NCBI RefSeq assembly: GCF_009914755.1
Contig: NC_060936.1
Strand: one strand, 5' to 3'
DNA: 64,000 nt
Source of the DNA: the human T2T-CHM13v2.0 reference genome, Homo sapiens
Shown here: positions 13,225 to 28,548 of the stretch, piece by piece
How the letters are laid out: every line of letters begins with the position of its first letter
Position numbering within the stretch: position 1 is the stretch's first letter
Translations under genes and position numbers: made by a program
Notes under the pieces: generated by a model
What the model was told of the DNA's origin: nothing
Database searches by the model: none
What the model saw: only the letters and a program-made list of their open reading frames with translations

Positions 13225-14308
13225 ACTCATTTAGTAAGCGAATACCTACTGAGCATCTCAATATGCTTATCATGGCATTGAAAAAGAGATAGGCCTTGCC
13301 CTCATGAGCTTACGGTCTAGTAAGAAAGACAAACATTGTCCAAGTCATTACAAACAACTAATTTAGATTTATAATTACCATTATGTGGCATATACAGAAA
13401 GAGATACTTACAACAGGTATACCTAACCCATTTTGGCGATCAATAAAGAACTTCCATAATAATGGGCTGTTAATTTGAGATCTGAAATTTGAAAAAAAAA
13501 TAGATATTATGTGAGTGAACAGGTACAGATTTAGAAGGTAAATATTGTTCCAGAGTGAAGGAAAAATGGTGCATAAAAATTCTGAGTTAGTAAAAATACA
13601 TGACACATTGAATAATTGAGAGAAGGATCTTGCCACTAATTCTTAAAGAACAATCTCACAGGTGGCCAGTGAGGCAATTATAGGGACCCAATCATATACC
13701 AATTTTAAACCAGATTAAGAAATTTAGGCTCTTTCCTATGTCTAACTATAAGCATTGGAAGACTTTTTAAAATAATAATGTGACAAAACTATACATTTTA
13801 GAAGATCAATTAGAGCTGTACAGGATGCAAAAAGTGACGAGGGAATACCAATTATGATACCAGTATAGAAGTCAGAAAAGAGAGATGGAAAGCAGAAATA
13901 GAAGGATGACAGTGACAGTTTGGGGAAGTGGAGGGTTAGCTGGCCATGTAGGGATAAACAGAGTGAGGAAAAAGATGAAATCAACTTTTATCTTCCTGAT
14001 TGGAGCAACTGAGTATACCATAAGATTAAATGAAAAATAGCATACTGAAAAAGGTGACACAATAAAAGTAAAGGAAAAAAAGTGAACTAAGCATGATGTG
14101 TTCTTTCTTCAAAAATCACTGATCAGATAACTCTCTTTTCTTATGGCAAGGAGTAACTGAGAGGTTAGAAAGAGAACAAGAATGCTACCTTAAAATAATT
14201 CATTTTACACCTCTGGGAATTTCAGAGAAACTCCAGCTTAATAAACTTTTGGCTTGTTCAGTATAAATTATACCGATGGATGGATGTATAGGTAAAGATG
14301 GATAGATG

Positions 14309-14371
<63 letters not shown>

Positions 14372-14800
14372 CGGATAGACAGGAAGACACAGTTGAAGCT
14401 CAAAAGGGTACATACTAGAAATACATACTTCCTAGCTTTGTCAAGACATGGTAAAACATGAAAGACAGGGTAAATTGAAAATAGAGTTGAGAAAGAAGGC
14501 ATGAGGAAATTCAGTGTTGAAAGATGGTATACACATATAAACCAATGGAAGGAATTTTAAAAGTAGGAAAAATACTTGAAGAAAGTGGGATCAAATTTAA
14601 AGAGAAGATATTGTGTCAATGAGCATATCATTTATTCAGAAAGATAGTCAGAGGCTACACAAGAAGACTGAGAAGTGGCCACTGCATCAGAGTGACGTGG
14701 AGGTCACTGGAGCCATTTACTAGGGTGGTTTCAGTTGAATGGTAGATGTGCAAATGACAGACAATTAAATAGAAACAAAGGTTTCAGAAAATTAGGCTGA
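13225..14800 (-). mobile_element. L2 fragments
   Basis: Antisense L2 3'-end motifs (tactgagcatctc, ccttgccctcatgagcttacggtctag, ggtcactggagccatttactagggtggtttcagttgaatggt). Confidence 0.7.
14309..14371 (+). repeat. (GATA)15 tetranucleotide STR
   Basis: About 15 uninterrupted GATA units, preceded by GGAT variants. Confidence 0.97.
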
Positions 14801-15370
14801 AGAAAGAAGAACATAAAAGTCTATCTGAAGTTATAGGTATCTTAAATAGAGGCCTTTTTTGTCGTATTGGAATGTTTTTAATATGTATAAATATAGATGA
14901 GAAGAGCTAGTCCCATTTTAACAGTTGAAGATACTAGATAGAAAGGGAAGGGGAATGAAATAATCTAAAGAACAATTTAAACACTTTATTTTTAGAAAGG
15001 AAGAGTGACAACTCCAGTATTGTGGCAGAAAGAAAAGAATAGAGAAGGTGTAAAAATATATACTGGTTTGTAGATTAGTAATGGGAATCTGAACTAATTT
15101 ATTTCTTATATTTCCTCTTTTCTGTCTGAAGAGAAAGTGTGAGTTTCGACTAACGGTGTAGAATGTGATGAGAATAATGGACAGTTTTACAAAGCTGTAA
15201 AAGTTATTTTAAGTCACTGATTGCACAAGTCATCACAGGGGCACTGATGCGCGTGATTAGAAATGAACCATTCTATTGATCTACCTGGTGGTTCGGTATG
15301 CATCCATTAAGGCTCAGAAATCTGAATGCAGGCATTAAGAAGGCTAACATTATATACTTCTAGGTTTTGA

Positions 15371-15651
15371 GTTTCACTGGAGAATTTAGGCATATATTTG
15401 GGGTAAGGGGGAAATCCCAGTAAGATATTATGAAAGAAAACAAGATACCAGGGGAAGGACATTTGCTGTAGTAGTAACTGAGAGGGAAAATGAAAGATTG
15501 GAGACTGTGTTTCACTGTAGAATTTAGGCATATAGTTGGGGTTAGGAGGATATCCAAAAAAGATAATATGTAAAAAAACCATATATAAGAGGAAGAACAT
15601 TTTCTGTAATAGTAGCTGAGAAGGAAAATGAAAAGTTTAGAGACTGTGTTT
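15371..15651. repeat. Diverged tandem duplication, period ~138 bp, 2 copies
   Basis: gtttcactg.agaatttaggcatata...gagactgtgttt starts at both 15371 and 15509. Confidence 0.9.
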
Positions 15652-18600
15652 GGGGAGCCAAATGTTTGTCACAATTTCTGAGGTTAAACACTATTAAAGA
15701 CTGATGCTCTAGAGTGTGACTATGGTCACAGGAAAAGTTGATGAAATGGAAGATAAATCTATAAGACTAAAGTTTCCCAAAAAACTAAAGGCCAGCTTGT
15801 TGAATAATCTCTTCTGCGTGATCTAAATGGTGGAAAAACTTGGGGTGGAGATGAAGTGTAAGCACATATGATCTGTGTAATAACAATGACCCAGGGTGGA
15901 AAAGCAACACATCTATTACTGGTTTATACCACTATGCTCCATTTTACTCTTCTGCCAATGATAATCTGTCTAGCCTAGATGAATCCTTTCTCATATGACC
16001 AATATTTCTTATGTACAATTTCTATCTAATAGAATATGTGAAATAGAAAACTAGGTTATAGAAACTGAAAGCTAAACTTGGTAGAGAATCCAGCCTACCA
16101 AGTTATTTTATCAATGCAAGAGGCCAGGAATGTTTAAATATGTGTTTAAATTTACAGAAGTAGTAGCAGATTAAAGTTAAGCTCAGTTATCTGATTGTGT
16201 CTGTCATGTGTTCATCCCAAATAATTTAACAAGTGAAAAAAATTATTTAACAGGAAAAATATAACCCATCTTCAAATAAAGAAATGTAATATCAGTAAGA
16301 AGATACAATCTCTCTATAAGTGACATCACTCAAAAATTTAGACATGCAATAAACTGTAGTATTTCATTGCCAAGCTATAAAATAAGATCAATATTGGTAC
16401 CAATTGAAACAACATCAGACAGAGGTAGGTTAGAAAGTAAATGTGTGACAAAAAGAGTGTGCTCAAGGAGATAATGACCTTAGGTATCTAATTATAAAAA
16501 TAGTCACATAAAAATTAAAAGTAACACATAAATACCAGTAAAAGGTCCATAGGTCCCTGAATTTGCTGTTAATATTTAATACATATAATTTATAACAGAT
16601 GATGGAAGTCAGAGGTGACACAAAAGGTGAGGAATAATCATAGCATTTCAAGGGCTAAGTGGAGGCTCCCTATTTTGGTGTACCTAAAGATAATCAAGGA
16701 ATATAATATGCACATTTCTCTTAAAACTTTGACTAATGTAACACTTTTTTAGATATTTTATATTTTCAGGTTAAGTTTACTTACCTGCCTGTGCTATTAT
16801 CATTTTTATGAATAAAAAGAATATAAGAAAACTTTTATTTTAACATTGAAAAAATACTCTTAAAAGCAGCATTGAGAACAAAAACTGAATATTGACTGTT
16901 TGAACAATATATAGTTTCAGATAATGCTATGTAAATAATATCAAAGTCAGTTTTTGCCAAATACTTTTTAATATTATAAAAATAACACAATGATGGCAAG
17001 CTTTAAACCAAAAGTATCCAAATCTCTTGTTACAGAATTGGGAGTAGGAAATAATAGAGTGCTATATTTTATGAATGGGGTAGTTTTATTTTAAATGAGC
17101 TAAAATGGATATTCCAAACTTTAAAAAGATGATAACATTGATCCCCATGTCTTCACAGATTTTGACTTAACCATGGTAAATTAAATTAGATATTAAAAAA
17201 GAAAAATTCTGATGAAAATAAACTTACCTAGAGAGAGAAGTATTTATTTTAGGCAATATATGTAAAAGTCTTGAGTTCAACAATGGCAGAGTTTCAGGGA
17301 GAAGATGATTTCAGATTTTGTATTAAAATGATTGTCAGCCAACTGAAATTTTGTGTGATAACGAAAAAAAATAAGAATAGCAAGATTCCAAATATAAAAT
17401 ATTTATTTCTTAATATGATGATATGTTAAAATCACAACATACCATTTCCAACATACATTTGAAAATGCTTTAAATAACCTCATTGATTTCAGACAAATAC
17501 TATTTATTGACTAGCCATTTTCACCACCCTAGGTGCTAAGGAAGCAAAATAAAGTAACACATTTTTTGAGTAATGTTCTTTGAGTGTCTTCAGTGAATTT
17601 ATTATTTTTGATAAGATAACCATGAAACTAAAAGTAATGCAACAGATAATGAAGACATTAAATCCCATGGATTGATTTTATTTTCTAAGAATATTAACAT
17701 AAATATGAGAGGTATTAATATGATACAAATCAGGGTCATACAATAACTACACTCTTCAGGATGCATAAATATTAGCCAAAACACAGCTACTCTGGTCATG
17801 ACTGAGAGAATACATATAGCTAACACACAAAGTTTTAACCTGGGATTCAAATAGAGTACAAGGTTCATAGGATAATAGTTCAGAAGAGAAAAAAAATGGA
17901 ATTGGAGAATGCAAACGAAATAGCTTTACGACCATCTCATTACAGGGGTGACTTAAAAAATATGGGATAAAGGAAATGGGAGAAACTAAATGACTATGTT
18001 GCAATCTTTCTGCTTGCCAAGAGCAAGTAATGATGACTCCCACCAGGGAAAGCTAAATTGAGAGTTGAGAAATAGCATCAAATAGACATAAAAATGGAAG
18101 ATACTGTGTATTTTAAACAAGGAAAAGTGCTTCCATTAGGCTCTTTTATATAAACCATTTTCTATTTGTTCATTATGTGCAACTCAATCATTATTACATA
18201 GGAAAGGAAACTAAGTCTTATATCCATCATATACTTACTGAAATGGAAAAAATAATACAAAAATGTAATGCTGTGAAAAGAGTAATTTTCTAGTTATACT
18301 AGACCTGAAATGAATCAATAAAAGAAGAAAAGGAGCAGCAGCATGTGAACACAGGAAAAAAAGTTCTGAATAAACTAGTTAGCCCAGAAAAGTGGTAAGA
18401 AGAGGAGGGAATGGGAATTATAACATTAGGCTCAGAAAGGATTGTTTTTCAACCTATGGCAAGCTGATGCCCTAAAGCAATAAAAGAAATTTATAAAATT
18501 TCTTGTGACCAGCCCAAGTCACAATGTAGGGATGAGAGGTCTATTACATACGTTTGTCAAGAATGCCCAAAGATCATGGTTCTGAGCACATATAAAATAA

Positions 18601-19309
18601 CATATTAAACAAATAATAGATTGTGACCTTTCAGTGGACCAAGGTTTACTCAGACTCCCTATCAAGACAGCAAAAGAAGACAGAAAAGATTGATTACATA
18701 CTAGCTCATATCAAAATGGAAGGCTACTTCAGTGTGAAAATAAATTGCAATGCAAACATAGGAAGGAAAGTGCATTTATATAAAATTTTTCTATCTCTAG
18801 TTTGCTGAAAACAGAACAATAAATATGTTTCCTAATAAAATATATTTTTTCCATTTTAAAATGCAGACTCTTAGTTGATTGAGCTCTTGCCTTATTAATG
18901 ATGAAGAGACAAGCTTCTGACCACAATGGAGTAAGAAGGACTGAATTCAACTTCCTATCATAAACAACTGGACAAACTAGACAAAATATATGAAACAGCT
19001 GCTTTCAGTCATTAGACAACTGGCAGTGTGGAACTGTGATCAGTGAAAGAAAAGAAACAAATGATGTAAACCCTATGACTTCCTCCAAATCTTGCCTGGT
19101 GCACATTACCAAACAAGAATCAGGAAGGAAAAGTCTGAGAGTGCCATTTTGTTAAACTGGGAAGCTGGAGATTGTATTTCACAGATTTTGTGGCACTTGA
19201 AAGTTGAAGAGCTAAATTCCAGAAAGGAGGAGCTGAATAGTCCTACTTTCAAAAAAGTTCCAGAAATTTCCATTCCTTATCCCTGTGATTCTTGATTGAC
19301 TACTGAATT

Positions 19310-19639
19310 AGTCAGACTTCTCTAAAAAAACACAGCCAATGAGAGAGACAGAGGGAAAGAGAGACATTTTAAGGAATTGGCTGGCAGACAGAAATCTCAA
19401 GTAGTTGTTGGTGCTACAGGCATGGGGTAGAATCTTTCCTCCTCCAGAAAACATCAGTTTTTACTCTTAAGGCCTTCAATTTGATTGGTTGGGGCTCACC
19501 CACATTATCAAGAGTAATCTTAAAATCAACTGACTGTAGATGTTAACCACATCCACAAAACACCTTCACTTACTAGTGTTTGATTAAATAACTGGGTACC
19601 CTAGTCAAACCACTTTGACACATAAAATTAACCATCACA
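19310..19639 (-). mobile_element. MLT2 (ERVL) LTR
   Basis: Ends ttgacacataaaattaaccatcaca, the MLT2 terminus, and contains cccacattatcaagagtaatct. Confidence 0.8.
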
Positions 19640-19643
19640 ACTA

Positions 19644-19977
19644 CTGGTATGTACTGTATAATGATGTTTTGGTCCACAGTGGATGGCACTTAAAATGGAG
19701 GTCCCATAAAATTATAATATCATATTTTTACTGTTCCTTTTCTATGTTTAGATATGGAAATACCATTGTATTGAAATCACCTGCAGTATTCAGTACAGTA
19801 ACATGCTGTACAGGTTTGTAGCCTAGTAGCAATAGGCTATACCACATAGCCTAGGTGTATAGTAGTCTATTCCATCTAGGTTTGTGTAAGCACACTCTAT
19901 GATGTTCACACAATGATAAAGTCACCTAATGATACACATCTCAGAATGTATATCCATTGTTAAGTGATGCATGACTG
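19644..19977. mobile_element. Tigger3/MER7-like non-autonomous DNA transposon
   Basis: ccatctaggtttgtgtaagcacactctatgatgttcacacaatga...ttaagtgatgcatgactg followed by TA. Confidence 0.85.
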
Positions 19978-21182
19978 TACTAAATTGCAGAAACATGGGG
20001 TGAAACTCCACAAGGCAGAGCAACCAGAAAGCTGTGAGCTGAACCACACGCATACAGTCAAATGATTCAAATTTCAATTAACCAGAGACAAGAGTTCTTA
20101 TTAACCATAAAGGACATTCGGTACAGACCACAGAAAGACACTCCTTAGTAGAGGAACCAAACTGTAGACTTAATAAAAGCTACCCCAAATCAACCAAATG
20201 AATATTAAAAACATGTATCAAAAGTAACAAATAGAATCACTGGTAATTTAATTCCCTATCAGTCCAAAGCTCAACATTGTTTAAAGGAAGAAAATGATGT
20301 CCAGACACGGAGTCATGATGTTCAGAATACAATTTAAAAGAATGCTAGCCGTAGCAAGAAGCAGGAAAATGTGACAAAAAAATTTGTTAATGAAAACACA
20401 CCTAGAAAGAAAAAATAAAATAGAGTTAGCAGACAAGGACACTGAAATATCTATTATCATTAGGTAAAAGTATTTAAAGGAAAAGATGAACATATTGAGA
20501 AGAGAAATGGAAGTTATAAAAAAGGCCTAAATAAACTTTCTAATAGATGAAAAGTACAACATTGAAGATGAAAATTCACAGAATGGACTTGAAAGCAGCT
20601 TAGGTACTGCAGAACATAGGCTCACTATACATAATAATGTAGAAATAGAAAATATTCACAATAAAGCACGGTGAAAAAAAGGATGGATAAAAATGAACGA
20701 AGCTGTAGTGACCAATGTAACACCACCAACTGACCTAAATACGTATACTTGGAATATCAGAAGGAGAAGAGAGAGGAAAGTTATTATTTCAGTTTTCAAC
20801 ATTCATGCTTCTATTGGTTTTAGATTTAACAAAAAGACAGAAAATCTGTAAAAATATAGAACACTAAAAGGACATTAAAAAGAAAATTGATCTAATTGAT
20901 ATTTATAGAACATGTCACCCAGCAATAGCTGAGTATTCAATATTTTCAAATTCTCTGTTAAAAAAAGTCCAAATTATGTCCTTTGACTAGGACATTAAAC
21001 TATAAATCAATACATTAAAAAACTAGAAATCAATAAAGTTATCTGGAAATTCCTATATACCTTGAAATTAAACAACAACCTAAATGAAACATGGATAAAA
21101 AAAAACAACTTGCAATGGAAAGTATAAGCCATTTTAACCTGAGTGAAACTGAAAGCACGAGAAATATATAAAAAAATATGTA

Positions 21183-21473
21183 TTTTTTGAGACAGGGTCT
21201 CGCTCTGTCATCTAGGCTTGAAGGCAAAGGCATGATTACAGCTCACTGCTGCGTCGACCTCCCATGCTCAAGTGATGCTCCTGCCTCAGCCTCCCCAGTA
21301 GTCAGGACCAAAGGCAGGAACCATGACTCCTGGCTAATTTTTAATTTTTTGTAGAGATGAGTTCTCATTATTTTACCTAGGCTGGTCTTTAACTCCGGGG
21401 CTCAAGCAATCCTCTCGCCTTGGCCTTCCAAAATTCTGGGATTACAGGCATGAGCCAGCCAGCATGCCCAGCC
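21183..21473 (-). mobile_element. AluJ
   Basis: Antisense Alu with J motifs (gacagggtctcgctctg, gggctcaagcaatcctc). Confidence 0.9.
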
Positions 21474-22757
21474 AGAAATCAAAATTTTAGGATACACAAA
21501 AATGAGTGCTTTCAGTAAAATGTATAGATTTACAAGTTATATAAGTAAAATAGAAATATCTCAAATCCATGGCTTAAGTTTTTACCCAAAATAGCTGAGA
21601 ATGGAAGAAAATATTAAATGCAAATAAAGTTAAGTACAAGAAATAATAAACATAAAAGCAAGGATTAGTATAATAAAAAATATAAAATTAATAAAGAATA
21701 TCAATGAAACCAAAAGCAGTTAAAAAAAAAAAGATCAGTAATATTGATAAAACTTATGGCAGACTGACCAGAGGGAAAAAAAATGACTGGTATCTGAAAT
21801 AAAAGAAAAAAAATCAGTATACATTCTATAGTCAGTAAAGGATAATATAGATACTATAGCCAGTAAAAGGAAACATTATAAATAACTTATTGGCAATAAA
21901 TTTAACAACTTAGATGAAATAGACAAATTCCTTAGAAGACATAAACTGACAAAGTGGACTTTAAAATACAGAAAGTATGAATAGGACTAAATACATTAAA
22001 GAAATTATATTTTTAATTAAAAATTCCTTGACAATACACTTTACAAGTTCAACATCAGGCCTAGAAGGATTTATTGGCATATTCTACCAAAAACATAAGA
22101 AATAATGCCAATTCTACACATTTTTTAAGAAATTAGAACACTCATTTTATGAGACAAAACTAAATAAATAGGAAAGTGGTTGGTTAAATCTTAATTTTAT
22201 CAATAATTATGTTAACTATAAGTGGGCAAAATACTGTAGTTAGAAGTCGAATTTGTCAGACGGCATAAAAAGCAATATCCAAATATATGCTATCAATAAG
22301 AAAAAAAACACTTTAAATACAAAAAGCAGGAAAGTTAAAAGATTGGAAAAAGATATACCATGTTTACTACCAGAGGCAGAAAAATACAATGTATCCCTTC
22401 CATTTCCTATTAACGGCCCCCATTTGCAGAATGTAACTAGAATCTGATTGCAGTAGAAACATTCATAAAGGTGGAATGGAGCTGTTGCAACAAAGAGCAG
22501 ACATATCTTCACACTGAAAAACAAATTAAGATGAGAGAATTCCCTTGTCCCTTTGTGGGACCCCCCATGAAGCGGGTGGCTCATTTACTTGGCTGCTATG
22601 TGCGCAAACACTTTATGAGAGGACACCGCACAGGTTAGCCAGGGTGGGCGCTTTTTGGCTCCAGCCCCACGGCAGTATGACAACCTTTTACACACTGCTC
22701 TCTTGATGCCTGGGTCCTTGTCCAGCATCCAGGAAGAATCAGGTCACACCGACTTGA

Positions 22758-23235
<478 letters not shown>

Positions 23236-23469
23236 TTGAACTCTTCTTCATGTTCAGATGCTTCTCCTCTTCTCTATTTCTCTGCTGCACCACTCTGCTG
23301 CTCTGCCAGTGGAGCTTGGGGTTTATATGGGCACAAGATAGGGGCATGGCAGGCCAGAGTGGTCTTGGAAAAGGCAACATTTGGCCGCAAAAACAGGAAT
23401 GCCTGTTCTCATTTAGGGCTGCAGGTTTCCAGGCTTGAGGGTGGGGCCTTTGCTGTGAAACCTCTCTCT

Positions 23470-23770
23470 CTTTTTTTATTTTTTTTTTTCTTTTATTATT
23501 ATACTCATGTGCACATTGTACAGGTTAGTTACATATGTATACATGTGCCACGCTGGTGTGCTGCACCCACTAACTCGTCATCTAGCATTAGGTATATCTC
23601 CCAATGCTATCCCTCCCCCCTCCCCCCAGTTCATGTCCTTTGTAGGGACATGGATGAAATTGGAAATCATCATTCTCAGTAAACTATCGCAAGAACAAAA
23701 AACCAAACACCGCATATTCTCACTCATAGGTGGGAATTGAACAATGAGATCACATGGACACAGGAAGGGG
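23470..23770 (-). mobile_element. Young L1 (L1PA2-like) 3' fragment with 5' inversion
   Basis: 23470-23628 is antisense 3'UTR (ctaatgctagatgacgagttagtggg, GAG diagnostic). 23629-23770 is a sense segment with the ORF2 end (MSFVGTWMKLEIIILSKLSQEQKTKHRIFSLIGGN). TSD aacctctctct on both sides. Confidence 0.93.
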
Positions 23771-23829
23771 AACCTCTCTCTTCTACCCAGTATTTCCCTG
23801 CCTCCTGTCTCTATCATCATTTCCCTCTG

Positions 23830-24022
23830 AAGAGGCACATCGAACTCCCATTAGAATATGGACAACAACCAATCTTAGTTACTTCCTGCTGACAGGGCAT
23901 TGTTTTGGGGAAAATGGCAGTCAGATTCCTCCCAGAGGTCTTATCTGCGGGTCCCTGGCAAAAGGGAGCTATCATCTGAGGCTCCAGTTGACTGACCATT
24001 TGGAGTTTGATAGCCTCTAGGT
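23830..24022 (-). pseudogene. ERV env TM cytoplasmic-tail remnant
   Basis: The ORF at 23817-24068 contains LEAIKLQMVSQLEPQM, resembling the IEAVKLQM-EPKM tail of class I ERV envelopes. It lies immediately before the PPT and 3' LTR. Confidence 0.7.
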
Positions 24023-24875
24023 GAGAGAAAAAACAAACAAACAAACAAACAAACAAACAAAAAACCAAGCTTTATAAGGTTAAGTATGCATGAGTTAAAC
24101 ATGTGTATTATAGAAGAAAATAATCTAGTGACAAAGATTACAGAAATAAGAAGTAAAATATACTAACAATTTGTACCCCAAGATGTTTCATTCTGGTGAA
24201 AGAAATTAAACCTTCTATGGGAGCAGTTAAATTTTAGAAGAGAGATAACTGTTCTTGCCACACCTGTAGCAGTTAATAGGTACACCCTGAGAATTATGGG
24301 GCTTATGGGCTTATATGATGGCCATCAAAGCTTCTGTCTCTTTCTTGTGTCTCCCTATCTCTATTGTAAAAGATCAAGGTGGCCACTTTCAGGAGGTCGT
24401 CTAATGTACTATCCAGGTCCAGGACCTGTTTCTGTGACTTCCTCCTGATATCAGGTGCTGCTTGAGTAATAAATTTATCCTCCAGGATTAGGTGTCCCTT
24501 GACAGAATCAGAAGATAGAGAGGTGTGCTTTACCAAGGCCCCTCTTGGCCTTTCCAGAAAGGCAGTGGGATTCTAATCACATCCTTGGTCTATCATGGCT
24601 AACTTGGTATAATTGAGAGGCTTGGTCCTGGTCGTACGTAAGCCCTCCATTATGAACACCTGAAAGTTTCTCCTCTTCCAATTTCCAATCTTGTCCTTGG
24701 GATCCCATCCAGAGTCATTCATTGGTACTGCATCTCTTCCAGTTGGATAAAGTTCGCCCATTCCCTGATAATATATGTGATAAAAAAAAAACTCATGCCC
24801 AAATTTCTCTGCTGCTTGCAAGTTGGCCTGATTCTCAGTGTTCATCAAGGTCTGATTCAAAAGTAACATAATGTC

Positions 24876-25193
<318 letters not shown>

Positions 25194-25411
25194 TCAAATA
25201 CCTGCGTTAAATTCTGGAAAGCTTCTATGTATCTGTCAGGGTCATCTGAAAACTTGCCAAAATCCCCCTTAAATTGTTTTAAGTCCTATAGAAAAAAGGA
25301 GACCTAAACCCTACTGAGGCCAAATTCACCAGGCATCTGTTCAAGTGGCAAGATTGAAACTGGGGCATGCCTATGGTGGGGACTTCCAGGAGGGGGAAAG
25401 TGAGAGACTGA

Positions 25412-25819
<408 letters not shown>

Positions 25820-27161
25820 TAGCTTCCAGGGATTGCTGCTTGCAGCCTCTCCTGAGATGGCAAACAGGAGGGCTGAATTGATCCTACACTGTTGACAAAG
25901 GTCTGGATTGCTCTGCAAGGTATAGAAAGCTTGCACATATAGGGCCTCAGACCATCTGTCTTCATGCCTACAGAAAAGGTCCAACTTCTGGATGGTATCA
26001 AAATAAATGATTCCTTCCTGAGGCCAAGCTAGTCTGTTATAATTTGGCCAAACCTTTGTGCAGAGGGCTATGAGGTATTTTTCCTCCAGAGTCAGAGGGT
26101 CAAAGCAGTCTCAGTGGTTCAGGATACACTCCAGAGGATTATAAACTGGGGATGGTAAAGATAGCCAGTTGTCCATTCTGAAAGACAGGGTAGTAAAGGT
26201 GTCCTTCATTTCCCTTCTTTCTTTCCATGATAACTCAGGGTGTGATGGAGAGAAAGTGGGCATCCCCTCTCTCTCTTCCATCTTTTTGTCCCCAAGTCCT
26301 GGAGACCTTGGCAGGTGCCACCCATGGGTGCCAAAGTGGCTTTCACCCATGTTAACAAGGGGCCCCAGGGGCTGGGAGTATCTGCTCCTACCCACATATG
26401 CCCTATTTCCCCTGCTGTTGACAATCTTTGAGTTTCCTGAGCCTCATCCATGTCATGGGGCATGGCCTCCTTCCATGAAGCAAGGGTTTAGTCAGCAGAA
26501 ATTGGTCCTGTACATTTACATTGTGCCCGTTAGTGGCTTTGGATCCCTTAGATCTGGTTTTCCTCTCTAGGACCTCAGCCTAAAGCCTGGGATCAAATTT
26601 GGGACAAAAAAGTATTTCAGGGACTGCATGGATCTGTTTAGATTAAGTCTGAAATGTGTGCCTGTCTGCACACACTCCTGTGACCATTGGGGTGAGGGTT
26701 GGGGTCACACCTCTAAGAACAAATGGAAACCACTTTATTCTGAATCGCACCTCTGATGGCTGGGCCAAATGCTCATTCTACTTAATATTATTGCTGCTGT
26801 CTGTAGCAAAACCCTTAACATTATAAAGGAAGAAATAGGAGTCATTTCAAACTGTGAATAAAGAAGAGATGCCATAGCAAGATCTGGGGATCTTGACCAA
26901 TGCCCGCCTGTGGTTGGGAACTAGTAGCCAGTCCAGTGGCTATCCAGTGCAGCCAGGAATGGCTTCAGCCAGATGCCTTCAGCTGCCCTAGGGCCTCGTC
27001 CTGGTTCCATATGATGGCTAACTCCCCATGAAGAGAAACAGAGCCAACATTCCTTTCACCCAAAAGAAAGAGAAGAGTGGCAAGGTCTTGGAAAAGAGGC
27101 AGATTCAACAGTTCCACATCTGTACTCATCTGCGTGCTTGATTCCGAGCGAGACCACAGAG

Positions 27162-27893
27162 AAAATGGGAGAATTCCCTTGGCCCCTTCAGGGGACCCGT
27201 CATGAAGGGAGTCACTTGTTTACTTGGCTGCCGCATGCTCAAACTCCTTATGGGAGGGGGAGAACACAGGTGAGCCGAGGAGAGTGCATTTTGGCTCTGG
27301 CCCCATGGCAGTGTCTAGGAGTGTTACAATGCTCTTTTAGCTTTGCCATCTGTGGATGGCTAAATATTAACCAGCTCAGTGGAGAGTCAGGGTGACAGCC
27401 TTTTACACGCTGACCTCTTGGTACCTGGGTCCTTGTCCAGCATCCAGGGAAAATCAGATCACACAGACTTGAAGGATGATGAATGCAAGGATTATATTGT
27501 GCGATAGAGGTAGCTTTCAGTAGGATGAATGGGGAGCTGGAAAGGGGATGGAGTGGAAAGATGATCTGATCTTCCCCTTGAGTTCAGCTGTCCCCTAGCC
27601 AATCTCCTCTAGAACCATCCCTGGCTGAACTTCTCTGAATGTTCAGACACTCCTTCTCTTCTCTCCTTCTCTGCCACACCACTCTGCCACTCTGCCGGTG
27701 GAGCTTGGGGTTTATATGGGCACAAGATAGAAGCATGGCAGGCCAGAGTGGTCTTGGAAAAGGCAATATCTGGATGCAAAAACAGGAATGCCTGTTCCCT
27801 TTTAGGGCTGTAGGTTTCCAGGCTTGAGGGTGGGGCTATTGCTGGGGAGCCATCCTCTTCTACCCCGTATTTTTCTGCCTCCTGTCTGTATCA
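27162..27893 (-). mobile_element. 5' LTR of provirus
   Basis: Minus strand starts tgatacagacaggaggcag and contains the TATA-like cccatataaaccccaagc. Homologous to the 3' LTR. Confidence 0.9.
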
Positions 27894-28465
27894 AAATTAC
27901 TTGCAAGGAATAGTTTGGGTGTAGAGAGCTAGAAGTAAATAAAAACAGCATCTAATTTCCTCATTTTAAGAAGCAAAGATAAGAAAAAATATATTTAGAT
28001 TTGGAATAACAAGAAATAGATATCTAAGAATAAGTAGAGACAAACATCAGAAGAAATCAGAATTTTGCTAATACAAGAAACAAGTTCATAAAGTATTCAG
28101 ATGTACAAATCAGGTAAGTAAACCAATTTCCAGGTCTTTCAGAGCAGAGACTGATAAGATCAAAAATAGAGGTACACATATTTTCATTAGAATTGTGTTG
28201 GCAACATTTATAGGAACTAAAAACATACAAAAAATAAAGCAAATAATTTCTGGGAATTGGGCCTTGAAGTGGAGGTGAGATGTTAAGAAATATTTACTAT
28301 TATCTAATCATTTTATTACGTGCCTTGTGCTTTTATCATGGGCATTAAGCCAATGGTATCCCTGAGACTGTACAGGGCAGAGTTCTAGCTCTTTTTTTGT
28401 CTAATAAATTCATACAAGTTGTTTTTGTTACTATGTGCTAGACACTATTTCAGTCACCAGAAACT

Positions 28466-28513
28466 CACACACACACACAAACACACATATGTATATATGT
28501 GTGTATATATGTA

Positions 28514-28547
<34 letters not shown>
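28466..28547. repeat. (CA)n/(TG)n/(TA)n compound microsatellite within an L2 relic
   Basis: Read directly. Confidence 0.9.

Positions 28548-28548
<1 letters not shown>

Larger units (their letters stand above)
18905..22360 (+). mobile_element. Old L1M 5'UTR/ORF1/ORF2 fragments, interrupted by MLT2, Tigger and Alu
   Basis: A-rich L1 signatures such as gatctaattgatatttatagaacat and aaatttaacaacttagatgaaatagacaaattccttagaagacataaact. Confidence 0.75.

Noticed and set aside
16770-17345. Strong minus-strand donors (aggtaagt) at ~16779 and ~17222
   Set aside because: No good paired acceptor or open frame, and expected by chance.
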